This document shows positions 1-9,034 of a stretch of 41,561 nucleotides of DNA, piece by piece; within the stretch, counting starts at the first letter, position 1; each line of letters opens with the position of its first letter. The notes below the pieces were generated by a model that was not told the DNA's origin, made no database searches, and was given only the letters and a program-made list of their open reading frames with translations. The DNA comes from Patescibacteria group bacterium (GTDB lineage: Bacteria; Patescibacteriota; Minisyncoccia; Phycocordibacterales; UBA9973): the NCBI GenBank assembly GCA_038078255.1, contig JBBUEH010000013.1, forward strand, positions 1 through 41,561. Reading direction: 5' to 3'. The translations under genes and the position numbers were made by a program.

Positions 1-318
1 GCTGTAAAATTGATGACCGTACACGCATCCAAAGGATTAGAATTCAAATATGTTTTCATCACCGGACTGGAAGATGGGCTTTTCCCCCATGAAAGACAAA
101 ACGAAAAACGAGCGAACGAAGATGCTGAAGAAGAACGAAGACTTTTCTATGTCGCACTGACTCGGGCTAAAATAAAATTATTTTTATCCTTTGCAAATTT
201 TCGCACGATCTTTGGTTCACGCAACATAAATGCGCCATCAGAATTTATTACTGATATTCCAGCAGACTTGTTGGAGAAAGAAGGTGAGCAAGGTAAAATA
301 AAAACAATTTATATTTAA
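1..318 (+). CDS. UvrD/PcrA-type SF1 DNA helicase, C-terminal fragment (gene starts upstream of the window)
   Basis: Frame is open from nt 1. ...VHASKGLEFKYVFITG...RRLFYVALTRAK match SF1 helicase motifs V/VI. TAA at 316-318. Confidence 0.85.
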   Translation, partial: AVKLMTVHASKGLEFKYVFITGLEDGLFPHERQNEKRANEDAEEERRLFYVALTRAKIKLFLSFANFRTIFGSRNINAPSEFITDIPADLLEKEGEQGKIKTIYI

Positions 319-335
319 AAACTTCAAGAACATTT

Positions 336-1160
336 ATGAAAGCAAAAAAATCTTTAGGGCTAAAAATTAAAAATAATTTCGCCCGGGCCAAAAAGGCTTT
401 AGGGCAAAATTTTTTAAAATCTGAATTGGCGCTCCGAAAGATTGTGGAAACAGGAGAAATAAAAAAAGATGATGTAATTCTAGAAATAGGGCCAGGGAAG
501 GGAGCCTTAACATCCAAGCTTTTAGCTTTTAGCTGTCAGGTTATAGCTATCGAGAAAGATAGAGAACTGATAACATTGCTGAAAGAAAAATTCAAGAAAG
601 AAATTGAAGAAAAAAGATTAAATTTAATACATGGTGATATTTTGGATTTTGATATAACTCAAATCGTTAGGCAAGACCTAACGATTTATAAGATTATTGC
701 CAATATTCCTTACAACATTACCGGAGCAATTTTGAAAAAATTCCTGACAGAAAAAAATCAGCCAGAGAGCATGGTCTTGATGGTCCAACATGAGGTGGCA
801 AAAAGAATCATGGCTCAAGATAAAAAAGAAAGCATGCTCTCTCTTTCGGTCAAAGCTTATGGAGAGCCTAAAATGATCATGAAGGTTCCAGCCCGATATT
901 TCTCCCCAGCACCAAAGGTGGACTCGGCTATTATCGCTATCAGAAATATTTCTCGAGAATTATTCATCACCCTAGAATTCGAAAAAAAATTCTGGGAAAT
1001 AGTCAGGGCAGGCTTTGCTCACAAAAGAAAAAAGCTTTCGAGCAACTTAAAAAACACTATTTCATGTCAAGGGGAGTCCTTGACATTTTTGGGAAACAAG
1101 AGGGCGGAGAATTTAACACTGGAAGACTGGATATTGCTTACTAAAGAATGTTATAATTAA
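336..1160 (+). CDS. rsmA: 16S rRNA dimethyladenosine transferase RsmA/KsgA
   Basis: 274 aa. KKALGQNFL signature, SAM-binding LEIGPGKGALT, NIPYNIT motif. Confidence 0.9.
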   Translation: MKAKKSLGLKIKNNFARAKKALGQNFLKSELALRKIVETGEIKKDDVILEIGPGKGALTSKLLAFSCQVIAIEKDRELITLLKEKFKKEIEEKRLNLIHGDILDFDITQIVRQDLTIYKIIANIPYNITGAILKKFLTEKNQPESMVLMVQHEVAKRIMAQDKKESMLSLSVKAYGEPKMIMKVPARYFSPAPKVDSAIIAIRNISRELFITLEFEKKFWEIVRAGFAHKRKKLSSNLKNTISCQGESLTFLGNKRAENLTLEDWILLTKECYN

Positions 1161-1220
1161 CGCATAATTAAATTATTTTGGTTACAATATAAAAAGAGAA
1201 TACTTTTAATCACTTTAGCT

Positions 1221-2108
1221 GTGGTATTTGTTTTGGTCGTTTTTGTTTTAAAAAATAAAGACTCGTTGGGACTTGCTGGAAAAGAAAATGGTACAGAAGA
1301 AATGGGGTTAATTTATGGCAATGAAATACTAGAGAATTTAATAACTAGAGATACTGACCTAGATGGGGTGCTCGACTGGGAAGAAGGGTTGTGGGGGACA
1401 GATCCAACAAAAAAAGATACCAATGACGACGGAGTATTCGATGGTGTGGAAATAGCCAAACTGAAAACTGCGCAGGAAGATTATATCTTCGATGGAGAAT
1501 TGGGAGGAGATACCTCTGAAACAGGCGAATTGACGGAAACAGATAAATTCTCTAGGGAATTTTTCTCAACTGTGACAACGCTCAACCAAAGTGGAGTAAT
1601 AGATCAAGCCACGATGGACAAATTAGGCGAATCTTTAGCAGAGAAAATAAAAAATTCTGCGCCGAGAAAAATATTTCTACTTTCTGATCTAAAAATAATA
1701 GAAGATGGTAGTCTGCAAGCTATCAAAAATTATAATAATGCTTTGGATAATATTCGAAAAAAATACCCCGTTGAGACAAATGCTATGGACATACTGCAAA
1801 AATTCATTGTTGATGAAAATACCGTTGATGTCGCTGTATTATCAGAACTTGATCCAATCATCGAACAAACAGAAAAAATAGTAAATGAATTGGCAAAGAT
1901 GAGTATTCCGGAGTCTATTGCCCCGCTCCATCTCGACTTTTTAAATGGAATAGAAAGATTGGTGGAAAACTTAAATGATATCCAACTTTATGAGGTTGAT
2001 GTCATCTTAGCCTTGAGCGCCATCAGTCAATATGAAGAAAACATCACAACATTAGAATCAGCCAATAACGAACTGGTAAAGATCCTTCAGCAAAAATTGA
2101 GTAACTAA
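1221..2108 (+). CDS. Membrane-anchored hypothetical protein with thrombospondin-type-3-like Asp-rich (Ca-binding) repeats; first gene of the T4SS-like module
   Basis: GTG start, N-terminal hydrophobic helix. DTDLDGVLDWEE..GTDPTKKDTNDDGVFDG repeats. No other family recognised. Confidence 0.6.
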   Translation: MVFVLVVFVLKNKDSLGLAGKENGTEEMGLIYGNEILENLITRDTDLDGVLDWEEGLWGTDPTKKDTNDDGVFDGVEIAKLKTAQEDYIFDGELGGDTSETGELTETDKFSREFFSTVTTLNQSGVIDQATMDKLGESLAEKIKNSAPRKIFLLSDLKIIEDGSLQAIKNYNNALDNIRKKYPVETNAMDILQKFIVDENTVDVAVLSELDPIIEQTEKIVNELAKMSIPESIAPLHLDFLNGIERLVENLNDIQLYEVDVILALSAISQYEENITTLESANNELVKILQQKLSN

Positions 2109-2135
2109 GGAAAAAACAGTATAATTAAGTATAAA

Positions 2136-4835
2136 ATGAGCTTCAAAAATAAAACGAGTCAAAAAATAATTTCTGCTCTTCTAATTATTTTAATAATAGC
2201 GCCCGTTGCCATGTTTTCTGTACCCCAAAAAGCAGAAGCCTTTTGGTTCTCGACCTGGCTGACAGATGCAAGCACTACTACAACAGCAGTTACCACTGGA
2301 ACAGGCGCAACGGCGGAAGTTACACAGGTTGGCTTAAAAATAAAAGATGTTGCCAAAGAAATTTTAAGACAAATACTCATGACCGTCGCCAGAAGATTCT
2401 TACAGCAAATGACTAAAAGCACTATTAACTGGATTAATTCCGGCTTCCATGGAGCGCCGCTCTTCGTAGAAAATCCCAAATCTTTCTTCAGAGACATCGC
2501 TAAATATGAAATTAAAAATTTAATAGACTCCGTCGGTCGAGATCCGAAGAGATTCCCCTTCGGGAGGAACATGGCATTGGGCACAATCGCTGGCTTCAAG
2601 AGAACACTGGAGAACAATATGGAATACAGTCTAAGCAGAGTCATTGACGATCCTATCCTGCTCGAAAGATATCGAAGTGATTTCGATGTTGGAGGATGGA
2701 ATGGATTCTTAATCAATACGCAATATCCGCAAAATAATTATCTGGGATACCAGATGCTCTATACTGAGGAATTAGCAAGGAGACTTGAAGGCACGATCCA
2801 AAATAAAGCCCAAAAAGTAAATGAAGTTCTGGACCGAGGAATGGGCTTTTTGTCTCCGGAAACTTGTGCAGACAATAATGGGAATAATGCATACAATACA
2901 GTTCTTGCAAATCAATTTCAAAGACCAACCTATAAATCCCCAACCTTTGCGTTGCCTCCGGCTGTTTATGAATCAACTAGCGAAGTTGGTGACACTACTA
3001 CTGCCAGTGATACACTTTATCGTGGCGCTGAAACTCAAGAATCTATCAAAGCAAGAGAGGCTTATGCTAAAGATTGGCAAACAAGGGATGCAAATCTAAA
3101 AAAAGTCTGGGCAAGAAAAAATACTTGCGAGAATTTAGTTGCAACCACCCCCGGCTCTGTAGTAGCAAATCAAATAATGGGTGCGCTGGATTCAGGCAGA
3201 AAATTGGGTGAACTTGGCGCCGCTTTGGGTAATAGCATCTCTGCTATTTTTGATGCTTTATTAAACAAATTCTTGGGTGATGGACTAAATGCTCTTGCAA
3301 GCAAAGCAAATCCAGTAGTTCAAACGGACAACTGGGAGTATGATAAAGAGACTCTTGGTGGTCCAGCAGATGGAACTAATGTTCCTTGGGATTCTGGCCC
3401 GGACGAAGAAATTGTTTTGGATAAATTTGTAAAACAACTGGATGGCAAAACTACCATCACTGACAAGGATGGAGTGTTCGTTGACGAAAACATCGGGAAT
3501 AGTAGTGAAAAAACTATCATTATTACAGATATTATCGTGGATAAAGAGACTAATAAAGAAAGCGGGATTGAAACAAAATATGAGTTTGGAATACTGAATG
3601 AAACATTAGATCCTTCGAAACCTGAGCTTGATGTAAATACAGGAAAAGTAACTATCACTAAAGATGGAATTAAAAATGAAGGAACATATACCTTCTTCCC
3701 CGGCGATATAGAAAACACCAAGAAGGAACTTAAATTAATATCAAATGAAATTTCAGAAGATCCTGGAGTTACTGAAGTAATGGGAGAAATTTGGCCAAAA
3801 GCCCGAGACCTTGATATCTGCCAACCTGGCCCAGACCTGGGATGGAAAGAAAGAGTGATGAATGAGTTAAGTAGAAATAGTAAAAAACTCCAAGAAAAAC
3901 TAACCGATGATGATGGGAAAAAATCAGCTCAAGCTGATTTGGCTCTCAAGGAACTAAAATTTGCTGTAAACTTTTTCAAAGACTGGATAATTAACAACAT
4001 GATGAAGGGTCTCCCAAGATCTATGCTTTACATGGATGCCATAGATGAAATAGGGGAGTTGGCTCAACAAGCAGACGAACTAACCGACAAAAGACGAACA
4101 AAATCTCAAGCATTAGCAAGATTGCAAGCAATCAAGCTAAATCTAGATACTATTACCAGATTCAACTCAAATGGCAAGGTTCTCCAGCCAGAAAAAGAAT
4201 CCGTTGATGAAAAAATAATGATAACCTTAAGAAAACAATACAATGCAAACAAAATTGGAATTTCAAACAGCAATACGGTAGATGATATGAAAAATGAGCT
4301 AGCTATTGCAAAAGAAAAATTAGTAAACCTAAACAAGCTTGTAGCGGAATGTGAAGTAGCAAGAGAAGCAAATGGCTGGAGCCTGCCGGGTGGGCCACTC
4401 AGTGCGTATAGTGGCACTTCATCTTCTGGACAAGCTTTGTCCGATACGGAAAAAGGAATTTTCTGTGATGCGCCTATTAAGGGTGGATATACTCATGAAT
4501 CTTTTATACAAAGAAATACAGAAACTCATTCAGAAATACCATTAGTCAACGCAGAAGATGTGTTGAAGTGGCGTCGTTTTGGTTTTATCTTTGGGAACTT
4601 CACGGTTGATATAGAACTAAGTTGCAGTGTTATCTGGAAAGCCAATGTATTGGACTATAAGGGCAATCTACCCGGAACAACCAAACTAAAAGAGCCCTAT
4701 GTAGAGTTGCTAGATGACATAAGTGGCTTAGGTATTTGTAATGGTTACAATAATACTACTGGGGAAACAGTGACGGAATCAAATGTAACCCAAAGCGACT
4801 GTGGCACAGCAGGTGGAAGTTGGACTCCTTTTTAG
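2136..4835 (+). CDS. Large (899 aa) secreted/anchored hypothetical protein, Thr-rich linker, Cys-containing C-terminus
   Basis: Long uninterrupted ORF. N-terminal signal-anchor ...VPQKAEA, poly-Thr stretch. No family recognisable by eye. Confidence 0.7.
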   Translation: MSFKNKTSQKIISALLIILIIAPVAMFSVPQKAEAFWFSTWLTDASTTTTAVTTGTGATAEVTQVGLKIKDVAKEILRQILMTVARRFLQQMTKSTINWINSGFHGAPLFVENPKSFFRDIAKYEIKNLIDSVGRDPKRFPFGRNMALGTIAGFKRTLENNMEYSLSRVIDDPILLERYRSDFDVGGWNGFLINTQYPQNNYLGYQMLYTEELARRLEGTIQNKAQKVNEVLDRGMGFLSPETCADNNGNNAYNTVLANQFQRPTYKSPTFALPPAVYESTSEVGDTTTASDTLYRGAETQESIKAREAYAKDWQTRDANLKKVWARKNTCENLVATTPGSVVANQIMGALDSGRKLGELGAALGNSISAIFDALLNKFLGDGLNALASKANPVVQTDNWEYDKETLGGPADGTNVPWDSGPDEEIVLDKFVKQLDGKTTITDKDGVFVDENIGNSSEKTIIITDIIVDKETNKESGIETKYEFGILNETLDPSKPELDVNTGKVTITKDGIKNEGTYTFFPGDIENTKKELKLISNEISEDPGVTEVMGEIWPKARDLDICQPGPDLGWKERVMNELSRNSKKLQEKLTDDDGKKSAQADLALKELKFAVNFFKDWIINNMMKGLPRSMLYMDAIDEIGELAQQADELTDKRRTKSQALARLQAIKLNLDTITRFNSNGKVLQPEKESVDEKIMITLRKQYNANKIGISNSNTVDDMKNELAIAKEKLVNLNKLVAECEVAREANGWSLPGGPLSAYSGTSSSGQALSDTEKGIFCDAPIKGGYTHESFIQRNTETHSEIPLVNAEDVLKWRRFGFIFGNFTVDIELSCSVIWKANVLDYKGNLPGTTKLKEPYVELLDDISGLGICNGYNNTTGETVTESNVTQSDCGTAGGSWTPF

Positions 4836-4870
4836 TTTCGAAAAAGAAAGTTTGGAGAGTAGAAAACGAA

Positions 4871-6949
4871 ATGAGAAAATTAATTAAAAAAATAATTCCA
4901 TATTGCTTCATCCTCCTCATCCTCGCCGGACTTTTCGGTGCGGGGGAAGATGTGATGGCGCAAACACCTTCTTTTACAACACTAAACCCAGAACAAAAAG
5001 CTCGTTTTGATGGTCTTTATGCGACTTGCATGGAAAATCGTGGGTATGATGCAAGTGGTCCGAGTATTTGCGAAAGCCAAGCAATGAGAGTGATCTTGGG
5101 CACGGGATCACAGAATGACATCGGGGCAACAACAACAGCTACAACAACAGACGAGTCAGCATTCGACAGAGCAGTTACTAGTAAAATATGTGTACTCTCA
5201 GATTGGACTGGGGGTAGTATAGAAGGATGTATATTGCAATTTGTTTATTGGACCTTTTACACTCTTGGAGGTTGGTTGCTTGCTATTGCCGCTTCTTTGT
5301 TCAATTTTCTCATCATGATCACCCTAGGTAGCGCATTGTTAAAATCAAATTTCGTCTCTTCTGCCTGGGCAGTAGTCCGAGATCTTTCTAATCTTTTTTT
5401 CATTCTTGTTCTGCTTTACATAGCCATCAAGATGATTCTAGGATTGGGGGGGTCTGATGTAAAGAAAATGATCGTTCAGGTAATAATCATGGCCCTGCTT
5501 ATTAACTTTTCTATGTTTATGACTCACATTGTTATTGACACTTCCAATGTTCTTGCCTTAGTTTTCTACAATAAAGTCAATACCACTCCTAAAAAAGATA
5601 ACAAAGCACCGAATGCAGTAGCATCGCTTATTGATTATGCAACTGAAACAAAAGATATTGCCGGGGGTTTGACACAATCGTTTAATCCAGTATATAAGTT
5701 ACCTTCAGAATTCTTTACATCTGCCGTAATCATAAAAATACCAGGACGACCTCCGTTTAAAGAACCTATTTCAACTGGCATCTTGATCGGAATCACCGTG
5801 ATCGCTGGAGCGATTATGCTGTTCGCCGCTTATGCGCTTTTTATCTCAGCTTTAAGCTTTTTAGGCCGATTAATTGAACTTTTTATCTTAATCATCTTTT
5901 CTCCTTTCGCTTTTATGTCTCTGACTGTGCCGAAATTCGCAGGATTAGACTATTTAGGATGGGATGCGTGGCTAAAGCGCTTACTCAATGTGTCATTCAT
6001 GGCGCCAATCTTCATGTTCTTTTTGTATTTTATATTTTTATTGCTTGCAGATGGGGCAAGTATGTTTTCCGATTCGCTAAAAGGAGAAGGTGTGGTACAT
6101 ACACTTTTAGGTATTATGCTCCCGGCAATAGTAATTATGACTCTTCTCTTGAAAGCCACTGAATTCGCCAAGAAAGGTGGAGGAAAATTCGGAGAACTGG
6201 CAATCGGAGCAGGGAAACTAGTGGGTGGGCTTGCACTCGGAGCGGGGATAGGTGGAGCGGCGATGGCGGCAAGAACAACTATTGGTGGGGGTTTGGGTGG
6301 TCTAGCCAACAAAGTTGGCGCCAAGAGGCTTGGAGGTTATTTGCAGAGTAAAAGTTATGATGTACGCACAATACCGGGAGCTGGAAAACTTCTGGGTGCT
6401 ACAGGCCTAGCTGGAGGCGCTGGCGCCATAAAAACAAAAGAGGGTGGCTGGACACAGATGAAAAAAGAACAAGTGGAAAAAAGAATGAAGAGAGCAGACG
6501 AAACAATAAATAGAAAGACTTCTGGGAAAAAGAAAAAAGTGGAAGATGCACAAGCAGAACTAGATGAAAAAACACTTTTGGTAAAAGTAGACTTAGATGA
6601 AGCTAATAAAGCAATAGAAAAATGGAAAGGCGAATTAGCTGACGCACAAAGAGCAGGAGATGCAAGAGGAGTAACCAAAGCACAAATGGCTTTAGCACAA
6701 GCTAAAGACGACAAGACAAATCTACGAGCTAGAGCTGGTTTAGGGGTAGCTGAAAACAAAGTTCGCGATGCACAAAGAGATCTAGATACAGAAATTGGCA
6801 AAGTTGCTTCCGCTCAAGCGAATCGTGTAAAGAGTAGTTGGAGTAAAGCATGGGGACTATTTTCTAACCTGGGAGCATATAGTGTGGCAGGCGCAGACGA
6901 AGCTGCTAGAAATATAAGGAGGAGAGCAAAATTAGAAACAAAAACATAA
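4871..6949 (+). CDS. VirB6/TrbL-like polytopic membrane protein with Gly-rich and Lys/Ala-rich coiled-coil C-terminal tail
   Basis: ATG at 4871 follows GGAG and avoids the overlap of the 4820 start. Has a signal sequence, a Cys-containing periplasmic segment, a poly-Thr linker and at least 6 hydrophobic helices. The tail is GGGKFGELAIGAGKLVGGLALGAGIGG followed by a charged coiled coil. Confidence 0.6.
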   Translation: MRKLIKKIIPYCFILLILAGLFGAGEDVMAQTPSFTTLNPEQKARFDGLYATCMENRGYDASGPSICESQAMRVILGTGSQNDIGATTTATTTDESAFDRAVTSKICVLSDWTGGSIEGCILQFVYWTFYTLGGWLLAIAASLFNFLIMITLGSALLKSNFVSSAWAVVRDLSNLFFILVLLYIAIKMILGLGGSDVKKMIVQVIIMALLINFSMFMTHIVIDTSNVLALVFYNKVNTTPKKDNKAPNAVASLIDYATETKDIAGGLTQSFNPVYKLPSEFFTSAVIIKIPGRPPFKEPISTGILIGITVIAGAIMLFAAYALFISALSFLGRLIELFILIIFSPFAFMSLTVPKFAGLDYLGWDAWLKRLLNVSFMAPIFMFFLYFIFLLLADGASMFSDSLKGEGVVHTLLGIMLPAIVIMTLLLKATEFAKKGGGKFGELAIGAGKLVGGLALGAGIGGAAMAARTTIGGGLGGLANKVGAKRLGGYLQSKSYDVRTIPGAGKLLGATGLAGGAGAIKTKEGGWTQMKKEQVEKRMKRADETINRKTSGKKKKVEDAQAELDEKTLLVKVDLDEANKAIEKWKGELADAQRAGDARGVTKAQMALAQAKDDKTNLRARAGLGVAENKVRDAQRDLDTEIGKVASAQANRVKSSWSKAWGLFSNLGAYSVAGADEAARNIRRRAKLETKT

Positions 6950-6953
6950 ATAT

Positions 6954-7364
6954 ATGACCAATAAATTAAAACAAATAGCAATAGAAGAGATAAAAAAATT
7001 GCCAAAAGAAGCACAAGATATGATAAATTCTTTGGATTGGGGAAAAATTACGGAAGAAATTGGTAAAAAATATTTACTTTCAGAAAGTGAAATAAATGAT
7101 TTCCAAGTAGAAACTTTGTTGGTGTTGGTGGGTATTGAGAACGGAGATTTCTATGCGCAAAATATTGAAAATGAAGTCGGTACCAGCAAAGCTGAAGCAG
7201 AAAAAATTGCAAACGAAACACTAGAAAAAATATTCATTCCGATAAGTAATCTTCTGGAAGAAAATATTAAAAAAAATCTACCTAACAAAAATCCAAACCA
7301 CGAACAAAATGTTAATTTTATTCTTTCTGGCGGAGATTATTCAAGTTTTATAGAAGAAAAATAA
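6954..7364 (+). CDS. Hypothetical small protein, paralog of the next ORF
   Basis: 136 aa. Aligns by eye with 7366-7947 (LPKEAQDMINSLDW / LPTETINAINAVDW; ETLLVLVGI / ETELLLCGL; GTSKAEAEKIANE / GISKIAANELADE). Confidence 0.6.
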   Translation: MTNKLKQIAIEEIKKLPKEAQDMINSLDWGKITEEIGKKYLLSESEINDFQVETLLVLVGIENGDFYAQNIENEVGTSKAEAEKIANETLEKIFIPISNLLEENIKKNLPNKNPNHEQNVNFILSGGDYSSFIEEK

Positions 7365-7365
7365 C

Positions 7366-7947
7366 ATGAACGACACAGTAGATTTATTACAAATAAAAAT
7401 AGAGAAGGCAAGAAGGGAATTGCCCACAGAAACTATTAACGCCATCAATGCTGTTGACTGGAGGGAAGCTATCTTGGCGCTCCGAACGAAGAAGGGCTAC
7501 ACCTTCGAGCAATTAGGCGATCTGGAGCTTGAAACAGAATTGCTGTTATGTGGACTTTTAGCACCTGAGGATTACCCGAAGGAAATAGAAAAAAGAATGG
7601 GAATTTCTAAAATAGCCGCAAATGAACTGGCAGACGAAATGAATAATTCAGTATTCAAAAAAATCAGAGAAGAACTAATAAAGAATACGGAAAGAAAAAA
7701 AGTATTTCAAAAAAGACAAGAATCTCAAAAAGAAAACTCTATTTTTAGTTCCGCAGGGATTGAAATTGTCGGGGAAAAAGACATCCACCCGATGTTGCTG
7801 CAAAAATTATCCACCTCTGTTCAAACCCCAACAATAAAAACCACCCACACCCTCGAAAATATTACTCCAAAGATCGATGCCCCGATAAAACCAGCCCCTT
7901 CTTCTTATCCGCCCAAAGCAGACCCTTATCGTTTGTCACCAGAATAA
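7366..7947 (+). CDS. Hypothetical protein, paralog of the previous ORF with a Pro-rich C-terminal extension
   Basis: 193 aa. Starts 1 nt after the previous stop. Shared N-terminal domain, see 6954-7364. Confidence 0.6.
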   Translation: MNDTVDLLQIKIEKARRELPTETINAINAVDWREAILALRTKKGYTFEQLGDLELETELLLCGLLAPEDYPKEIEKRMGISKIAANELADEMNNSVFKKIREELIKNTERKKVFQKRQESQKENSIFSSAGIEIVGEKDIHPMLLQKLSTSVQTPTIKTTHTLENITPKIDAPIKPAPSSYPPKADPYRLSPE

Positions 7948-7952
7948 TATTT

Positions 7953-8387
7953 ATGCGATTCCAAGTTCCACAATTTTTAGAGATCGAGGACAAAATTTTC
8001 GGTCCGTTTACTTTCAAAGAGTTCGTCTACTTGGCGGGCGGAGCAGGTTTGTGTTTTGTACTTTATAAATTATTGGGTCTGACTATTGGGATTCTGCCGA
8101 TTTTAGCTGTAGCTGGAATCTCGCTGCTACTCACTTTCTATCGACCGAACGATAAACCTTTTATCAACATGGTTGAAGCGGGGTTGACTTATTTTATGCA
8201 AAGTAAACTTTATATTTGGAAAAGACGAGAAGGAAAAATAGATGACGGCAGAAAAAAAGCAGAAGCTCTGGAAGTAGAAAGAAAGAGAAAGCAGATAGAG
8301 GGTGGGGCAAAGTTGGGCGCTAATAAATTACGAGATCTGGCTTGGAGTTTGGATGTGCTAGATTTAAATAAACACCCAGAAAATTAA
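7953..8387 (+). CDS. PrgI-family (VirB3-like) small membrane protein
   Basis: MRFQVPQFLEIEDKIFGPFTFKEFVYL followed by two hydrophobic helices is the PrgI-type pattern. Lies directly upstream of VirB4-like genes. Confidence 0.6.
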   Translation: MRFQVPQFLEIEDKIFGPFTFKEFVYLAGGAGLCFVLYKLLGLTIGILPILAVAGISLLLTFYRPNDKPFINMVEAGLTYFMQSKLYIWKRREGKIDDGRKKAEALEVERKRKQIEGGAKLGANKLRDLAWSLDVLDLNKHPEN

Positions 8388-8394
8388 GAAAAAT

Positions 8395-9033
8395 ATGTCA
8401 TTAAATGCAAAATCAACTCAAGAGTTCGTGCCCATCAAGGAAATCCGTGATGGAATAATCGTCTTGAAAGACGATTCCTTGCGAGCGGTCGTGCTCGCCA
8501 ACTCGATCAACTTGTCTTTGAAATCATCCGATGAACAGAAAGCAACCATTCTGCAATTCCAAAATTTTCTGAATACCCTTGATTTCACTGCGCAGATTTC
8601 AATCCAATCGAGAAGACTGGACATTCGACCTTATCTCTTACTTTTAGAAGAGCGGATGAAAGCGCAGACGGAGCCCTTGCTTAAATTACAAACCAAAGAA
8701 TACATCGCCTTCATCAGAGATTTCACCGATTCGGTCAGCATCATGACGAAAAGTTTCTTCGTGGTGGTGCCTTATACCCATAATGTTTTTCAATCAAATT
8801 CCGGAATATTAGGTCGTTTGTTTGGTCGGAAAAGCAAAGAAGAGGCACGGGTAGAGAAACAAGAAGACTTCGAAGAAAAGAGGTCCCAGCTCGAGGAGAG
8901 GGTGGGTGTCGTTCAGCAGGGACTTGGTCGTTGTGGCATAAACTCAGCTCAACTTGGCACCGAAGAAGTAGTAGAAGTATTTTATAAAGTTTTTAACCCC
9001 GGAGAAGTGGAAGGAAAAATTAGGATAGAATAA
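8395..9033 (+). CDS. VirB4 N-terminal-domain-like protein (separate ORF)
   Basis: 212 aa. TQEFVPIKEIRDGIIVLKDDSLRAVVLANSINLSLKSSDEQ resembles the N-terminus of Gram-positive VirB4/TcpF/ConE-type ATPases. Stop at 9031-9033 lies 1 nt before the next ATG. Confidence 0.5.
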   Translation: MSLNAKSTQEFVPIKEIRDGIIVLKDDSLRAVVLANSINLSLKSSDEQKATILQFQNFLNTLDFTAQISIQSRRLDIRPYLLLLEERMKAQTEPLLKLQTKEYIAFIRDFTDSVSIMTKSFFVVVPYTHNVFQSNSGILGRLFGRKSKEEARVEKQEDFEEKRSQLEERVGVVQQGLGRCGINSAQLGTEEVVEVFYKVFNPGEVEGKIRIE

Positions 9034-9034
9034 T

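Noticed and set aside
352-405. ctttagggc repeated 45 nt apart at the 5' end of rsmA (KKSLG...KKALGQNFL), a possible target-site duplication of a 45-nt insert.
   Set aside because: The match is only 9 nt and the intervening sequence has no convincing hairpin. It could be a chance N-terminal extension.
2159-2716. 185-aa minus-strand ORF, and similar antisense ORFs from the track (for example 2713-2976, 3320-3721, 4106-4417, 5950-6324, 6355-6801, 10171-10425, 17174-17482, 19379-19777, 25537-25998, 28062-28349, 33171-33566, 36393-36632, 40352-40666).
   Set aside because: Each lies entirely inside a longer, motif-supported CDS on the other strand and has odd, low-complexity composition. These are shadow ORFs.
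4820-4870. Upstream start of the VirB6-like ORF, overlapping the previous gene by 16 nt.
   Set aside because: The ATG at 4871 is preceded by GGAG and begins directly with a signal-peptide-like sequence (MRKLIKKIIPYCF...).
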